Below the pieces are notes generated by a model. It was not told the DNA's origin and searched no databases. It worked only from the letters and a program-made list of their open reading frames with translations. Shown piece by piece: positions 9,837-19,591 of a stretch of 64,000 nucleotides of DNA. The stretch is taken from assembly GCA_963780375.1 (NCBI GenBank), contig CAWABV010000008.1, forward strand, positions 27,619 through 91,618, in the 5' to 3' direction. The position numbers and the translations under genes were made by a program. The stretch is from an uncultured Chloroflexia bacterium (GTDB taxonomy: Bacteria > Chloroflexota > Limnocylindria > Limnocylindrales > CSP1-4). Positions within the stretch are counted from its first letter, which is position 1; every line of letters begins with the position of its first letter.

Positions 9837-10612
9837 GCGGCCGCCTCCTCGCCGAGATACCGGCGTATCGCGCGCGAGGTATTCGTGACGACGGCGGCGT
9901 CGAGATCGCCGATCGTGCGCGGCCGCGGCAGCTCGACGGGGAGCTCCACCACGACGCGCCCAGGCCGTGGCGACAGGACCACGACCCGATCGGCCACGAG
10001 GATCGCCTCGGCGATGCTGTGGGTGACAAGCACGACCGTCGGGTGGGCACGCTCCCAGAGGGCGAGCAGCTCGAGGTCGAAGCGCTCGCGGCTCAGCGCA
10101 TCGAGCGCGCTGAACGGCTCGTCGAGCAGGAGCACTCCGGGCTCGAGAGCGAGCGAGCGGGCAAGGGCGACCCGCTGGGCCTGTCCGCCGGACAGCTCTG
10201 ACGGGCGATTGCCGAGGACGCTCCGGTCCAACGCGACGAGGTCGACGAGTGCATCGAGCCGCTCGCGCCGCCGGCCGACCGGCCAGCCGACCAGCTCCAG
10301 CGGATAGGTGATGTTGTCCGCCGCGGAGCGCCACGGCAGCAGACGCGGTTCCTGGAAGACGAGGCCTATCCGCGGATCGGGGCCTGTGACGGCTACCTCG
10401 TCGAGCGAGACGGAGCCACGTTCCGGGGTCAGCAGACCGGCGATGACGCGCAGCAACGTCGACTTGCCCGAGCCGTTCGGCCCGATCAGGCCGATGATCT
10501 CGCCGCCGCCGACCGTCAGGCTCAGGCCGTCGAGGACCTCCAGTCGTCCGCCGCCACGCGCCGGGAACGACAGATCGACCCCCTCGACGCGGATAGCGCC
10601 CTGCCCGGTCAT
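9833..10612 (-). CDS. ABC transporter ATP-binding protein
   Basis: The internal start at 10612 gives MTGQGAIRVEGVDLSFP..., with Walker A GPNGSGKST, the LSGGQAQRVALAR signature and Walker B LLLDEPFSALD. There is an ATGA overlap with the kinase gene upstream. Confidence 0.85.
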   Translation of the reverse strand: MTGQGAIRVEGVDLSFPARGGGRLEVLDGLSLTVGGGEIIGLIGPNGSGKSTLLRVIAGLLTPERGSVSLDEVAVTGPDPRIGLVFQEPRLLPWRSAADNITYPLELVGWPVGRRRERLDALVDLVALDRSVLGNRPSELSGGQAQRVALARSLALEPGVLLLDEPFSALDALSRERFDLELLALWERAHPTVVLVTHSIAEAILVADRVVVLSPRPGRVVVELPVELPRPRTIGDLDAAVVTNTSRAIRRYLGEEAAA

Positions 10613-12048
10613 GGTCGAGCACCTTCGAGGACGGGACGCAACGCGGGATAGACGCCGGCGTAGACCTGGAACGCTCGATCGTAGGTCGACCGGACGTCGG
10701 GGCGCGGCTCGAGGCGGCGTTCGATGCGGGTCATCGTCCGGACGGCGGTCGGGACGTCCGGACAGACACCGATGGCGACCGCTCCGAGGATCGCCGAGCC
10801 GAGCACGGCGGTCTCGAGGACGGCCGGAACGAGGACCGGGAAGCCGGTGACGTCGGCCTTGATCTGGTTCCAGGTCTCGCTCCGCGCGGGCCCGCCGCAC
10901 GCCCGCATCGCGTTGACCCGGACGCCCGCTGCGAGCATCGGTTCGGCGACGTGGCGGATGGCCAGCGCGCTGGCCTCGAGGATCGCGCGTACGAGATGCC
11001 CTCGGCCGTGGGCCAGCGTCAGGCCGACGAACGCCCCGGTCGCAGCGGGATCCCAGATCGGCGACCGCTCGCCGGCGAGGTACGGCAGGAAGACGACGCC
11101 GTCCGATCCGGCCGGGACGGTCGCCGCCTCCTCGAGGAGCGCCTCGGTCGTGACCGCTCCCCCGGCTACAGCGTCGCGGAACCAGTCGAGCGCGCGACCG
11201 GTGGCGGCCATCGCCGCCCCGACGCTGTACAGCCCGGGCAGCGGTGCGGGCGTGACGAAGGCGCCCGGCACCTCGACTGGCTCGTGCCAGTACACGCCGA
11301 AGCCACCCGCCGAGCCACCCGGGTCGTAGGCATCGCCGGCCTCGGTCAGCCCGGCCCCGAGATAGCTCGCGAAGGCGTCATTCGTGCCCGCGGCGACCGG
11401 GATGTCGGGGCGGATGCCGAGGGCCGAGCCGGCGGACGAGGTCAACCTCCCGACCACGGCGCCCATCTCCGTGACGGCCGGTCGCCGGTCGATCCGCAAG
11501 CCCGTCGTGCGCGCCACGGCAGCCGGGTCGGGCGGCGCCTGGCCCGGGACGACCGGCGCCGCCGAGACCCCGGTCAGCCGGAACGCGAGCCACTCCCAAG
11601 TCGAGAGGTACCAGCGCGCGCTGGCCGCCGCCTCGGGTTCGTGGCGCTCCAGCCAGAGCGCTGCCGGCAGCGGTCCGAGCGCCCACCCTCGGATGCCCGT
11701 CGCGCCAGCGAGCTCCTCCGACTCTGCGGCCGACCGCGTGTCGAGGAAGGTGATCGCCGGGCGGACGGCTCCGCCGTGTTCATCGACCGCGACGAGCGTC
11801 GGGCCGTGGCCGTCGAGGCCGACGGCGACGACGTCGACCGCCTCGGGCGGCCGCAGCGCGTGGACCGCGACGACCACGGCGGACCACCACGCGCCAGGGT
11901 CCTGCTCCGCCCGACCCTCCGGCCCGACGTCGAGCGCATATCCGGCACGGGCGATCGCCAGCAACCGCCCGTCGAGCCCGACTAACCCGACCTTTACATC
12001 GGTCGTCCCGAGATCGATCCCCAGGATCGCCGCCGTCGGCGTCGACAT
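10609..12048 (-). CDS. FGGY-family carbohydrate kinase (xylulokinase-like)
   Basis: 479 aa. ILGIDLGTTDVKVGL at the N-terminus, FGGY N- and C-domains, and the GGPARSETWNQIKADVTGFPV C-terminal motif. Confidence 0.85.
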   Translation of the reverse strand: MSTPTAAILGIDLGTTDVKVGLVGLDGRLLAIARAGYALDVGPEGRAEQDPGAWWSAVVVAVHALRPPEAVDVVAVGLDGHGPTLVAVDEHGGAVRPAITFLDTRSAAESEELAGATGIRGWALGPLPAALWLERHEPEAAASARWYLSTWEWLAFRLTGVSAAPVVPGQAPPDPAAVARTTGLRIDRRPAVTEMGAVVGRLTSSAGSALGIRPDIPVAAGTNDAFASYLGAGLTEAGDAYDPGGSAGGFGVYWHEPVEVPGAFVTPAPLPGLYSVGAAMAATGRALDWFRDAVAGGAVTTEALLEEAATVPAGSDGVVFLPYLAGERSPIWDPAATGAFVGLTLAHGRGHLVRAILEASALAIRHVAEPMLAAGVRVNAMRACGGPARSETWNQIKADVTGFPVLVPAVLETAVLGSAILGAVAIGVCPDVPTAVRTMTRIERRLEPRPDVRSTYDRAFQVYAGVYPALRPVLEGARP

Positions 12049-12971
12049 CAGCCGTCCATGCCGACGACCGCCTCGGCGGTCGCGACGTCGGTCAGCAGGG
12101 TCTTCACCGCGCCCGACCGGAGGGCGCCGAGGATGGGTTGGACCTTGCGCTCCCCCGACCCGACGCCGATCGCCATCGGCACGTCGCGGAGGGTGCGCGC
12201 ATCGAACGCCAGCACACGCTCGCGAAGCGCCGGGCAGATGAAGGTCCCCTGGAGGTCGAACGGCGCGATGAGGATCTCGCCGACGGCACGCGCGTCGTCG
12301 AGCTCGTGCGCGACGTCTTCACCGAGCGATGCGACGCCCCACGACGGACCGCCGATGCCGAAGAGGGCGACGTCGAGCCGACCCCACAGATCGATGACGG
12401 CGCGCACGCCAGCATGCGTCTCGAGGGCGCGTTTCGTCTGGGCGTCATCGAGCAGACCGGGCGCCATCAGGCCATGAGGCTGGGCGCCGAACGCGTCGGC
12501 GATGCGCCGGAACGGGTCGCGGTCCGGTCCGGTCGACCAGTACCCGCCGGCCAGCGGCACGACGGTCGCGCGCACCGGGGTGACGGCGTCCTCCAGGGCC
12601 TCCGCGACAGCACCGACCGAGGCACCGTCGCCGATGCCGACGATCCCGCCGTCGCGGATCGCGGCACGCAGCGCCTGGGCGGCGAGCCGCCCGACGATGC
12701 GCCGCGTCAGGTCCTCGGGACCCACGAGCGTCGGCGCGAGGTGGACCGCATCGAGGGAGAAGCGGCTCGCCAGCTCATCGGCTGCGGGCGAGACCGCCGT
12801 GTCGCGATCGACGATCCGGATCTCGACGACGCCCTCGGCCCGGGCGCGCTTCAGCAGACGGCTGATCTGCGGTCGGGTCAGCCCGAGGCGATCAGCGACT
12901 GCGCTCTGGGTCTCGCCGAGCTCGTAGTAGAGCCGGCTGACCTGGACCAGGAGGTCTCGATCGGCGCTCAC
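12048..12971 (-). CDS. SorC/DeoR-family sugar-binding transcriptional regulator
   Basis: An N-terminal HTH (LYYELGETQSAVADRLGLTRPQISRLLKRAR) and a SorC sugar-binding domain (GIGDGASVGAVAEAL...). GTG start; overlaps the downstream kinase start. Confidence 0.85.
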   Translation of the reverse strand: MSADRDLLVQVSRLYYELGETQSAVADRLGLTRPQISRLLKRARAEGVVEIRIVDRDTAVSPAADELASRFSLDAVHLAPTLVGPEDLTRRIVGRLAAQALRAAIRDGGIVGIGDGASVGAVAEALEDAVTPVRATVVPLAGGYWSTGPDRDPFRRIADAFGAQPHGLMAPGLLDDAQTKRALETHAGVRAVIDLWGRLDVALFGIGGPSWGVASLGEDVAHELDDARAVGEILIAPFDLQGTFICPALRERVLAFDARTLRDVPMAIGVGSGERKVQPILGALRSGAVKTLLTDVATAEAVVGMDG

Positions 12972-12988
12972 CGACGCCCGCCTCGCCG

Positions 12989-13017
12989 TTGCACAGATGT
13001 TCGGAACAGATGTGCAA
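12989..13017. promoter_or_regulatory. candidate SorC operator: direct repeat ACAGATGT x2 flanked by inverted TTGCA/TGCAA
   Basis: ttgcACAGATGTtcggaACAGATGTgcaa sits 18 nt upstream of the sorC-like start codon. SorC/DeoR regulators commonly bind direct repeats overlapping their own promoters. Confidence 0.35.
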
Positions 13018-13063
13018 CCATGTCGCCCGCATCATCGCGGGCTGGCGACGCCGCGTCAAACCC

Positions 13064-14431
13064 TCAGGAGGCGAGCAGCGTCGCGAGCTCTTCCCTTTCG
13101 GCCGGATCGACCGCTGGCCCAAGGCCGGCGACCTCTCCGAGCATCCTTCGACCGCCTTCGACATCGCCCAGGGCGAGACGGATGGCACCGTCGTGGAACC
13201 GGAGGCGGGCGTCATCGGCGCCCAGGGAGCGTGCCGCCGCGATCGCGTTCGACGCCTCGGCAAACCGCCCGAGTCGGTACAGCGTCCACGCCAGCAGATC
13301 CTGGCCTGACGCGTCCGGCCGAGCATCGACCGACGCGCGGACCCGGTCGAGGAGAGCCTCGCTTGAGCCACCGTGGTCGATCTCGAAGCGAAGCAGCTGC
13401 CGATCGAACGTCGCGGCCTGGAGGTCGCCCAGGCGCTCGATGAACCGGATCGTGTCGAAGGCCTTGGTGGCCTCGGTATCTGTGGGATCGGCCTCCTGGA
13501 GCAGGTCCCCGAGCAGGGCCAGCGCCTCCGGCTGGGGCGCGATGCGGGTCGCGCGGCGCAGCCCATCGATCGCCGCCGAGGTCGAACCGTCGAAGGTGTC
13601 GATACGCGCCAGTCCGAGGAGGGCCCCAAGGTCATCCGCCCGCACGTCGAGTGCGGCGGCGTAGCCGGATCGGGCCGTCACTGGGTCGCCGGCCAGCCGC
13701 GCGTATTCCCCGACGGCGTAGTCGTAGATGCCGAGGTCCTGGACCTCGTCGTCGACAGCGGCCTGCCGGGCCGATGTCGCCAGTTCGAGCGCGCGTGACG
13801 GCTCGCCGGTCACGGAGGCCAGGCGTGCCTGGCGGATCAGGACGGCGGGCCCTCCCGCCGAGCCCAGCGCCGAGAGGTCACGCCGGGCGTCGTCGATGCG
13901 CCCCAGCTCGAGCTCGGCATCGAACCGAACGGCTAGGGCAGCGGGCTCGCCGGGGTCGTCGGCCAGTATCTCGTCGGCGGTCGTACTCGCCGCGGCGAAG
14001 TCATGCAGGGAGACGAGCGTAGAGGCCTCGGCCAAGCGGGCCGGGATGTGCCCGGGCTCGATGGTGAGTGCGCGGCGCGCCGCGTCGAGCGAGCGCTGGT
14101 AGTCCGCGAGGTCATAGCTGAGTCGACCGCGGCCCTGGTAGAGCACGGCCAGGTTCGTCGCGGCCAGGTAGTCGTGCGGGTTGGTCGAGAGGTTCTTCGA
14201 CCACGCGTCGATCGAATGGTCGACCTGCGCCAGGTTCACGCTCGGGGCGCTACCCGCGTCCAGCGGCGCCGAGGTCGACGATGCGCCGGGATCCGCAGCC
14301 GTCTCGACATGAGCCGACGGTGTTCGAAGGTCCGCGGCGAGATACGTGCCGGCCGCGACGACGATCGCCGCCAGGAGGAACCCGGCGGCACGGGGGCCGC
14401 GTCGCTGACCAGTGTGGGCGATCGTGCTCAT
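13064..14431 (-). CDS. membrane-anchored tetratricopeptide-repeat (TPR) protein
   Basis: An N-terminal TM helix (GFLLAAIVVAAGTYLA) followed by repeated TPR-like Ala/Leu-rich helical repeats. Confidence 0.7.
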   Translation of the reverse strand: MSTIAHTGQRRGPRAAGFLLAAIVVAAGTYLAADLRTPSAHVETAADPGASSTSAPLDAGSAPSVNLAQVDHSIDAWSKNLSTNPHDYLAATNLAVLYQGRGRLSYDLADYQRSLDAARRALTIEPGHIPARLAEASTLVSLHDFAAASTTADEILADDPGEPAALAVRFDAELELGRIDDARRDLSALGSAGGPAVLIRQARLASVTGEPSRALELATSARQAAVDDEVQDLGIYDYAVGEYARLAGDPVTARSGYAAALDVRADDLGALLGLARIDTFDGSTSAAIDGLRRATRIAPQPEALALLGDLLQEADPTDTEATKAFDTIRFIERLGDLQAATFDRQLLRFEIDHGGSSEALLDRVRASVDARPDASGQDLLAWTLYRLGRFAEASNAIAAARSLGADDARLRFHDGAIRLALGDVEGGRRMLGEVAGLGPAVDPAEREELATLLAS

Positions 14432-14497
14432 GTTGTTTCGCGTCCCATCAGTAAGGGTTGGCGGGAGGCGGCCGGGTGGCCGCCTCCCTGGATCCGA

Positions 14498-15670
14498 CTA
14501 GTGCGGCTTGCCGAGATACGGGAAGCGCGACAGGTAGTCGGTGTGCGGGCCCACGCCATCCGAGGGCACGGCGCCGGTGGCGTCGCGGTCGGAGAAGAGG
14601 CCGAGCGGGTCGCCGCCGGTCGTCACGTTCAGCTCGACGTCGATGACGTCGTCTGCCAGAGCGCGACCGTTGAGCGGCGCTGGGAGCGAGCTCGAGCGGC
14701 TGTAGACGAGCACGTCGGGGATCAGGACCCCGGCGAGTGCCGCGGCCTGCGCGTCCGAGTACGCGCCTTCGCTGTCGAGGCTCGAGAAGAACTTGAGGCC
14801 GTTGATGACGTTCTTGCGGAACTTGCCGTCGGAGGCGGTCGCCTGGCGATTCGGCGGGGTCTGGTTGAACAGGTCCTTGTCAGCGGCCGGGTTGAACACC
14901 GTGTTGATCGCCGGCCGGCCCATCTGGTCGGCGGCGCGCCAGCGGCCGTCGTTCCGATACTGCGTGGCCGCCCAGACGCCGATGGTGTCCGGCAGCTGCT
15001 TGTTCGGGATCGACAGCACGATGGCGTTGGTGTTGAGGTTCGCGAAGAAGTCGGTCGGATCGTTGCCGAGCGCATCGCCGCCGACGGCCGTGCCGGTGGT
15101 CAGCTTGGTCGTCGTGCCGATGAAGCCCGTCAGGTCGAAGAAGAACGGGTCGGAGCGAACGCCGGCCCATGCCTTGAGATCCTGACGGGTCTTGGCATTG
15201 CCCTCATTCGACTCGCCCCAGGCCACGGTCGTGCCCTGCTCGAGCGAGCGGGCGTTCTTGCCCGTGTACTTCGTGATCCGGTAGTCCTGCTCCGGGAACT
15301 TGTCATGATCGTCGCGGTCGACACGGCCGAAGCGGGCGACGTACGCCAGGTCAGGCTTCGCGTCGCCGTTCTTGTCGACGTTGATGACGTAGCGGACGTT
15401 CTTCCCGAAGTTCCCGCCGAACAGGTTGATGGCGGGGTTGACGGTCACCGCGATGACGGTGCGCTTGGCGTTGTCAGGAGCGCGGAAGACATAGACATCG
15501 TTGATGTCGCGGTCGCCGTGCTCCGAATGCGGGGCGATCTGCCCGTTCGCCGTAGCGCCGCCGAGGGCGGGCGCGTCGAGGTGGTCGGCCGCATTGGTCA
15601 GCAGCGGGGCGACGCCGACGGTCAGCGCCACCACAGCCGTGCCGAATGCGGCCAGCTTCTTTGGAGACAT
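14498..15670 (-). CDS. secreted DUF4331-like protein
   Basis: A signal peptide followed by the ADHLDAP...DINDVYVFRAP motif. From memory this matches the SHREAP / D-TD-YAF signature of DUF4331 proteins; not verified. The composition is clearly protein-like (low Arg, rich in Asn/Thr/Lys). Confidence 0.6.
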   Translation of the reverse strand: MSPKKLAAFGTAVVALTVGVAPLLTNAADHLDAPALGGATANGQIAPHSEHGDRDINDVYVFRAPDNAKRTVIAVTVNPAINLFGGNFGKNVRYVINVDKNGDAKPDLAYVARFGRVDRDDHDKFPEQDYRITKYTGKNARSLEQGTTVAWGESNEGNAKTRQDLKAWAGVRSDPFFFDLTGFIGTTTKLTTGTAVGGDALGNDPTDFFANLNTNAIVLSIPNKQLPDTIGVWAATQYRNDGRWRAADQMGRPAINTVFNPAADKDLFNQTPPNRQATASDGKFRKNVINGLKFFSSLDSEGAYSDAQAAALAGVLIPDVLVYSRSSSLPAPLNGRALADDVIDVELNVTTGGDPLGLFSDRDATGAVPSDGVGPHTDYLSRFPYLGKPH

Positions 15671-15811
15671 GGGGGATTCGATCCCTCCTGTGTGTCGAGT
15701 GGTGACCGGGCTCCTCCACGGCTCCCGGCATCCGATCGCCTCGACGACGTCGCGACTCTTCCGTCGTGGCTCGAACGGTCATGCGCAGGAGCCGGACAGG
15801 CGGATGACTCG

Positions 15812-17200
15812 CTAGAGGACGCGCCCCGGATTCAGGAGGCCTTGCGGGTCCAGCGCGCCCTTGATGGCGCGCATCACGCGGACGGCGTCCGCCCCTCGCT
15901 GCTCCTCGAGCCACTCGCGCCGCGCCGATCCGATGCCGTGCTCGCCGGTCACCGTCCCACCCAGGTCCAGGGCCGCCCGATACAGGTCAGCCTGGACGGC
16001 CTTGGTGACCATCTCACCCCGCGGGTCGCCACGCTCCAGCACGAGGTCCGGGTGCAGGTTCCCGTCGCCAGCGTGCCCGAACGTCCCGATGCGGACCTCG
16101 TGCTTCACGGCGATCGCCTCGATCGCACGCAGCATGTCCGGCACCCGCGACCGCGGCACGCCGACGTCCTCCATCTTCACGTCGCCGAGCTTCTCGAGCG
16201 CCCAGTGGGCAGCCCGGCGGGCTTGGCGCAGCATGTCGGCCTCGGCGGGCGTCTGCGAGCGAACCGTCGTCGTCGCGCCGACCCCGGTGCAGACCGTCTC
16301 GGCACGGGCAAGCTCGTCGTCCGCGGCCGCGCCGGGCAGGTCCGACTCGATCATGAGCATCGCGGCCGCGTCTCGATCGAGGCCGAGCTGGTGGACGTCG
16401 TCGACGGCACGGATCGTGAACCGATCCATCAGCTCGAGCGTCACGGGCGACAGTCCAGCCGCGGCGATGCCGGCGACGGCATCACCGGCCGATTCGAGCG
16501 TCGGGAAGAACGCCAGCAGCGTCGAGCGGGGCGGCGGTGCGGGGCGCAGCCGGAGGATCGCCTCAGTGACAAGCCCGAGCGTCCCTTGCGAACCGACGAT
16601 CAGGTGGGTCAGCGAGTAGCCGGCGACATCCTTGACGTTCTTGCCGCCGGTCCGGATGACGCTGCCATCCGCCATCACCACCTCGAGCCCGAGCACCGAG
16701 TCGCGTGTCTGGCCGTACTTCACGCAACACAGCCCGCCGGCGTTCGTGCCGAGGTTGCCGCCGATCGAGCACATCTCGAAGCTCGCCGGGTCGGGCGCGT
16801 AGAACAAGCCGTGCTCGGCGACGGCGGCCTTGAGCCGGGCGTTGATGACTCCGGGCTGGGTGACGACGCACAGGTTGGGCGGGTCGATCTCAAGGACGCG
16901 GTCCATCGCGGTGAACGCGACGGTCAGCGCACCGTCGATCCCGGCGGCGCCGCCACTGAGCCCGGAGCCGGCACCGCGCGGGACGATCGGGACGTCGAAC
17001 TCCGCGCAGGTCTTGACGATGCCGACGACCTGAGCCGTGGCGATCGGCAGGGCCACCGCTCCCGGAAGACCGGCCGGGATGTACGGCGTCTCGTCGTGGC
17101 GGTACGACTCGCGATCCGACTCGAGGGTGAGCAGCCGCAGGTCGGGGATACGGGCGCGCAGCGCGTCGATGAACCCATCGGTGACGATGCCGGCCGCCAT
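15812..17200 (-). CDS. FAD-linked oxidase (glycolate oxidase GlcD / D-lactate dehydrogenase family)
   Basis: 462 aa with an FAD_binding_4 N-terminal domain (VVPRGAGSGLSGGA) and a C-terminal FAD-oxidase_C domain (GTVTGEHGIGSARREWL). Confidence 0.85.
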   Translation of the reverse strand: MAAGIVTDGFIDALRARIPDLRLLTLESDRESYRHDETPYIPAGLPGAVALPIATAQVVGIVKTCAEFDVPIVPRGAGSGLSGGAAGIDGALTVAFTAMDRVLEIDPPNLCVVTQPGVINARLKAAVAEHGLFYAPDPASFEMCSIGGNLGTNAGGLCCVKYGQTRDSVLGLEVVMADGSVIRTGGKNVKDVAGYSLTHLIVGSQGTLGLVTEAILRLRPAPPPRSTLLAFFPTLESAGDAVAGIAAAGLSPVTLELMDRFTIRAVDDVHQLGLDRDAAAMLMIESDLPGAAADDELARAETVCTGVGATTTVRSQTPAEADMLRQARRAAHWALEKLGDVKMEDVGVPRSRVPDMLRAIEAIAVKHEVRIGTFGHAGDGNLHPDLVLERGDPRGEMVTKAVQADLYRAALDLGGTVTGEHGIGSARREWLEEQRGADAVRVMRAIKGALDPQGLLNPGRVL

Positions 17201-17270
17201 GAGCCGCCAGTGTAGGGCTGGCGACAGGCCCTTCGCCGAACCGGAGGTGGACGAACCCGTTTAGGATTCC

Positions 17271-18722
17271 GTGATGACTAGGGGGACGTTTCGCCCGCTC
17301 GCCACCCTTGGGCTGGCGCTGCTGCTCGTCGCCGGGATCGCCGGCCCCGCGTTCGCGTGCGACCCGCGCCTGTCCGATCTGCACGACGGCCGCACGTGGG
17401 GCGACCCGGACGTGTCGCTGGACGTCGGCGCAGTTACGGGTACAACGACACTTGCAAGCGCGAGGACCGCAGCGGCGGGGCCGATCACGCCCGGTTCAGT
17501 GAACCGGACCAGCGCCAACCTGACGGCCCGCTACCTGGTCGGCCTGAACCTGCGGTTCGGGAGCCGGTCGTTCCAGGCGAACACGGTCGCGACCATCACC
17601 AACACGTCCGGCGGCCCCATCGACCGCGTCGAGTTCAACACGATCGCCGCCCGGCTCGGCGGCATGCGCCTCCACGTCGTCGAAGTGGACGGGCGACGGG
17701 TCGCCGCCAAGGTCAGCGACCAGACGATCATCGTCCCTTTGGGAGGCATCCTCGCCGCGGGGGACAGCGTTCGGATCCGCGTGCACTACGTGGCGACGCT
17801 TCGGAGCTCGCTGGCCGGCTCGAACTGGATGTTCACGCGAACCAACGGCATCGTGGACGCCTACCGCTGGATCCCTTGGGTGAGCCGCGCGACGCCGTTC
17901 ACGCGCCCGAACCACGGCGACCCGTTCGTGACGCCGGTGAGTCCTGAGGTCATCGTCAACGTCACGACGGATCGACGGCTGGTCATCGCCTCCACCGCCG
18001 GGGTGGTCTCGCGGTCGACGAACGGACTGACCCAGCGGCTGGTGGCACGCAACGTGCGCGACGTGACGATCACCGCCGCACCCGACTTCCGGACGGCCAC
18101 GGTCAGCGTCGGGTCGAAGAAGGTCCGCTATTACTACCGCTCATCGGCGAACCGGGCGCTTATCGTCGATGCGGCGGCCGATGCGCTCCGAGCCATGCAG
18201 TCGCGTCTCGGCCCGTATCCCTACTCGATCTACAAGGTCGTGCAATCGGCGGGTGGGTTCGGCATGGAATCGCCGGGGCTGACCTGGATCCCGCTCGGCA
18301 CGGGCAGCGCGAACCTGCGCTACCTCGTCGCTCACGAGACGGCCCACCAGTGGTTCTATGGCGTGGTCGGTAACGACCAGGCGCGCCAGCCGTTCGCCGA
18401 CGAGGCGGTGGCGGACTTCGTCGCCCGCGACGTGACCGGCACGCGACGGTCAAGCCGATGCTCGACGAGCCGCTTGGACATGTCGATCTATCGCTACAGC
18501 GCGACGTGCTACTACGAGATCGTCTACATCCAGGGTGGCAACCTGCTCAATGAGGCGAAGCGGCGGATGGGCTCGACGCTGTTCTGGTCGACGCTGCGGG
18601 CATATGTCGTTGCCCAGCGCTACAAGATCTCGACGACGCCGAAGCTGCTCACGACGCTCGACGCCGCGACGCCCGTCTACCTCTCGGCGCTGTTCCGGCC
18701 GCGCTTCCCGTCCATCTACTGA
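17271..18722 (+). CDS. secreted M1-family zinc metallopeptidase (aminopeptidase N-like)
   Basis: A signal peptide, the gluzincin motif HETAHQWFYGVVGND followed by ...FADEAVADF (HEXXH-(X18)-E), and the GFGMESPGL motif. Confidence 0.75.
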   Translation: MMTRGTFRPLATLGLALLLVAGIAGPAFACDPRLSDLHDGRTWGDPDVSLDVGAVTGTTTLASARTAAAGPITPGSVNRTSANLTARYLVGLNLRFGSRSFQANTVATITNTSGGPIDRVEFNTIAARLGGMRLHVVEVDGRRVAAKVSDQTIIVPLGGILAAGDSVRIRVHYVATLRSSLAGSNWMFTRTNGIVDAYRWIPWVSRATPFTRPNHGDPFVTPVSPEVIVNVTTDRRLVIASTAGVVSRSTNGLTQRLVARNVRDVTITAAPDFRTATVSVGSKKVRYYYRSSANRALIVDAAADALRAMQSRLGPYPYSIYKVVQSAGGFGMESPGLTWIPLGTGSANLRYLVAHETAHQWFYGVVGNDQARQPFADEAVADFVARDVTGTRRSSRCSTSRLDMSIYRYSATCYYEIVYIQGGNLLNEAKRRMGSTLFWSTLRAYVVAQRYKISTTPKLLTTLDAATPVYLSALFRPRFPSIY

Positions 18723-18733
18723 CGCGCGGGCAT

Positions 18734-19567
18734 CTAGTGACCCGCGACGCGGCGATCGGCCGCGAGGGCCTGCGGCATCTGCCGGAATGACCCCGGCAGG
18801 AGCGGGTTCCACGCCCGCCAGCCCGCCACCAGCCACGCCGACACGCCGCGCTCGAGCGGGCCCCACGGCAGCCGATACGCCTCGCGGACCGCTTCAGGCA
18901 GGAGTCCCAGCGACGGCCACAGCGTCCAGTCGTACAGCCGCGGATGGAGGCCGGCCCGTGCCAGCCCCCCGGGGAGCGGCGGGTGGAGGATCGAGCCGGC
19001 GAGATCCCGTGCCGTGTCTCCGACCTGCACGGGCCCGCCGGGTCCCATCTGCGCGGCGAGGTACGCGTCGAACGCGTCGAGGTCGACCGGCAGCTCCCGC
19101 TCGGGCACGCCGAACGCCCGTGCGATCGGCTTCGTCTCGTCGTAGAAGCGCGCCGCCTCATCGCGACTGACCGGCCCTGCCCACGCGTCGTTCACGACGA
19201 TCGTCGAATCGACCAGCGTCGCGTGGACCCACATCGACAGCGCGGGGTCGCGCGCGTCGTACCCGCGTCCCGTGATCCTGCGGTGCAGGCCGTTCAGGCG
19301 GCGGATCTCGGCGCGCGCCGCTGGGGTCGAGCCGTAGATGATCCGCAGGAAGCTGCGGAGCGTCCCGTCGAGCCTTCGCCAGGGATCGCTCCGGAAGTCG
19401 GAATGCTCGGCGACGCCGGCCGCCACGGCCGGGTGAGCGAGCTGCAGGAGCAGGGCCCGCGGCCCGGCGCCCAGCAAGAGCATCGCCTCGCGGTCGAACC
19501 GCCATGCCTCCGACTCGGGGCCGAACATCCCGGGGTCGCCACGCTGCGTATCCACGGCGCGCACCAT
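18734..19567 (-). CDS. MpaB/DUF2236-family oxygenase
   Basis: DPGMFGPESEAWRFDREAMLLLGAGPRALLLQLAHPAVAAGVAEHS is the typical N-terminal signature of ER-bound-oxygenase MpaB/Lcp (DUF2236) family proteins. Confidence 0.75.
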   Translation of the reverse strand: MVRAVDTQRGDPGMFGPESEAWRFDREAMLLLGAGPRALLLQLAHPAVAAGVAEHSDFRSDPWRRLDGTLRSFLRIIYGSTPAARAEIRRLNGLHRRITGRGYDARDPALSMWVHATLVDSTIVVNDAWAGPVSRDEAARFYDETKPIARAFGVPERELPVDLDAFDAYLAAQMGPGGPVQVGDTARDLAGSILHPPLPGGLARAGLHPRLYDWTLWPSLGLLPEAVREAYRLPWGPLERGVSAWLVAGWRAWNPLLPGSFRQMPQALAADRRVAGH

Positions 19568-19591
19568 AGCCCCACTTCGAAGGAGGCACGT

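Noticed and set aside
12138-13664. 508-aa + strand ORF and other long antisense ORFs (e.g. 42338..44881, 46140..48842, 6731..7954, 21661..22866)
   Set aside because: All are antisense to or out of frame with genes that have clear family signatures. At 70% GC, stop-free antisense frames are expected.
14003-17215. 1070-aa + strand ORF
   Set aside because: It lies antisense to three well-supported minus-strand genes (TPR, DUF4331, GlcD-like). Its composition is typical of a high-GC frame artefact (R/G/A/D-rich, no domains).
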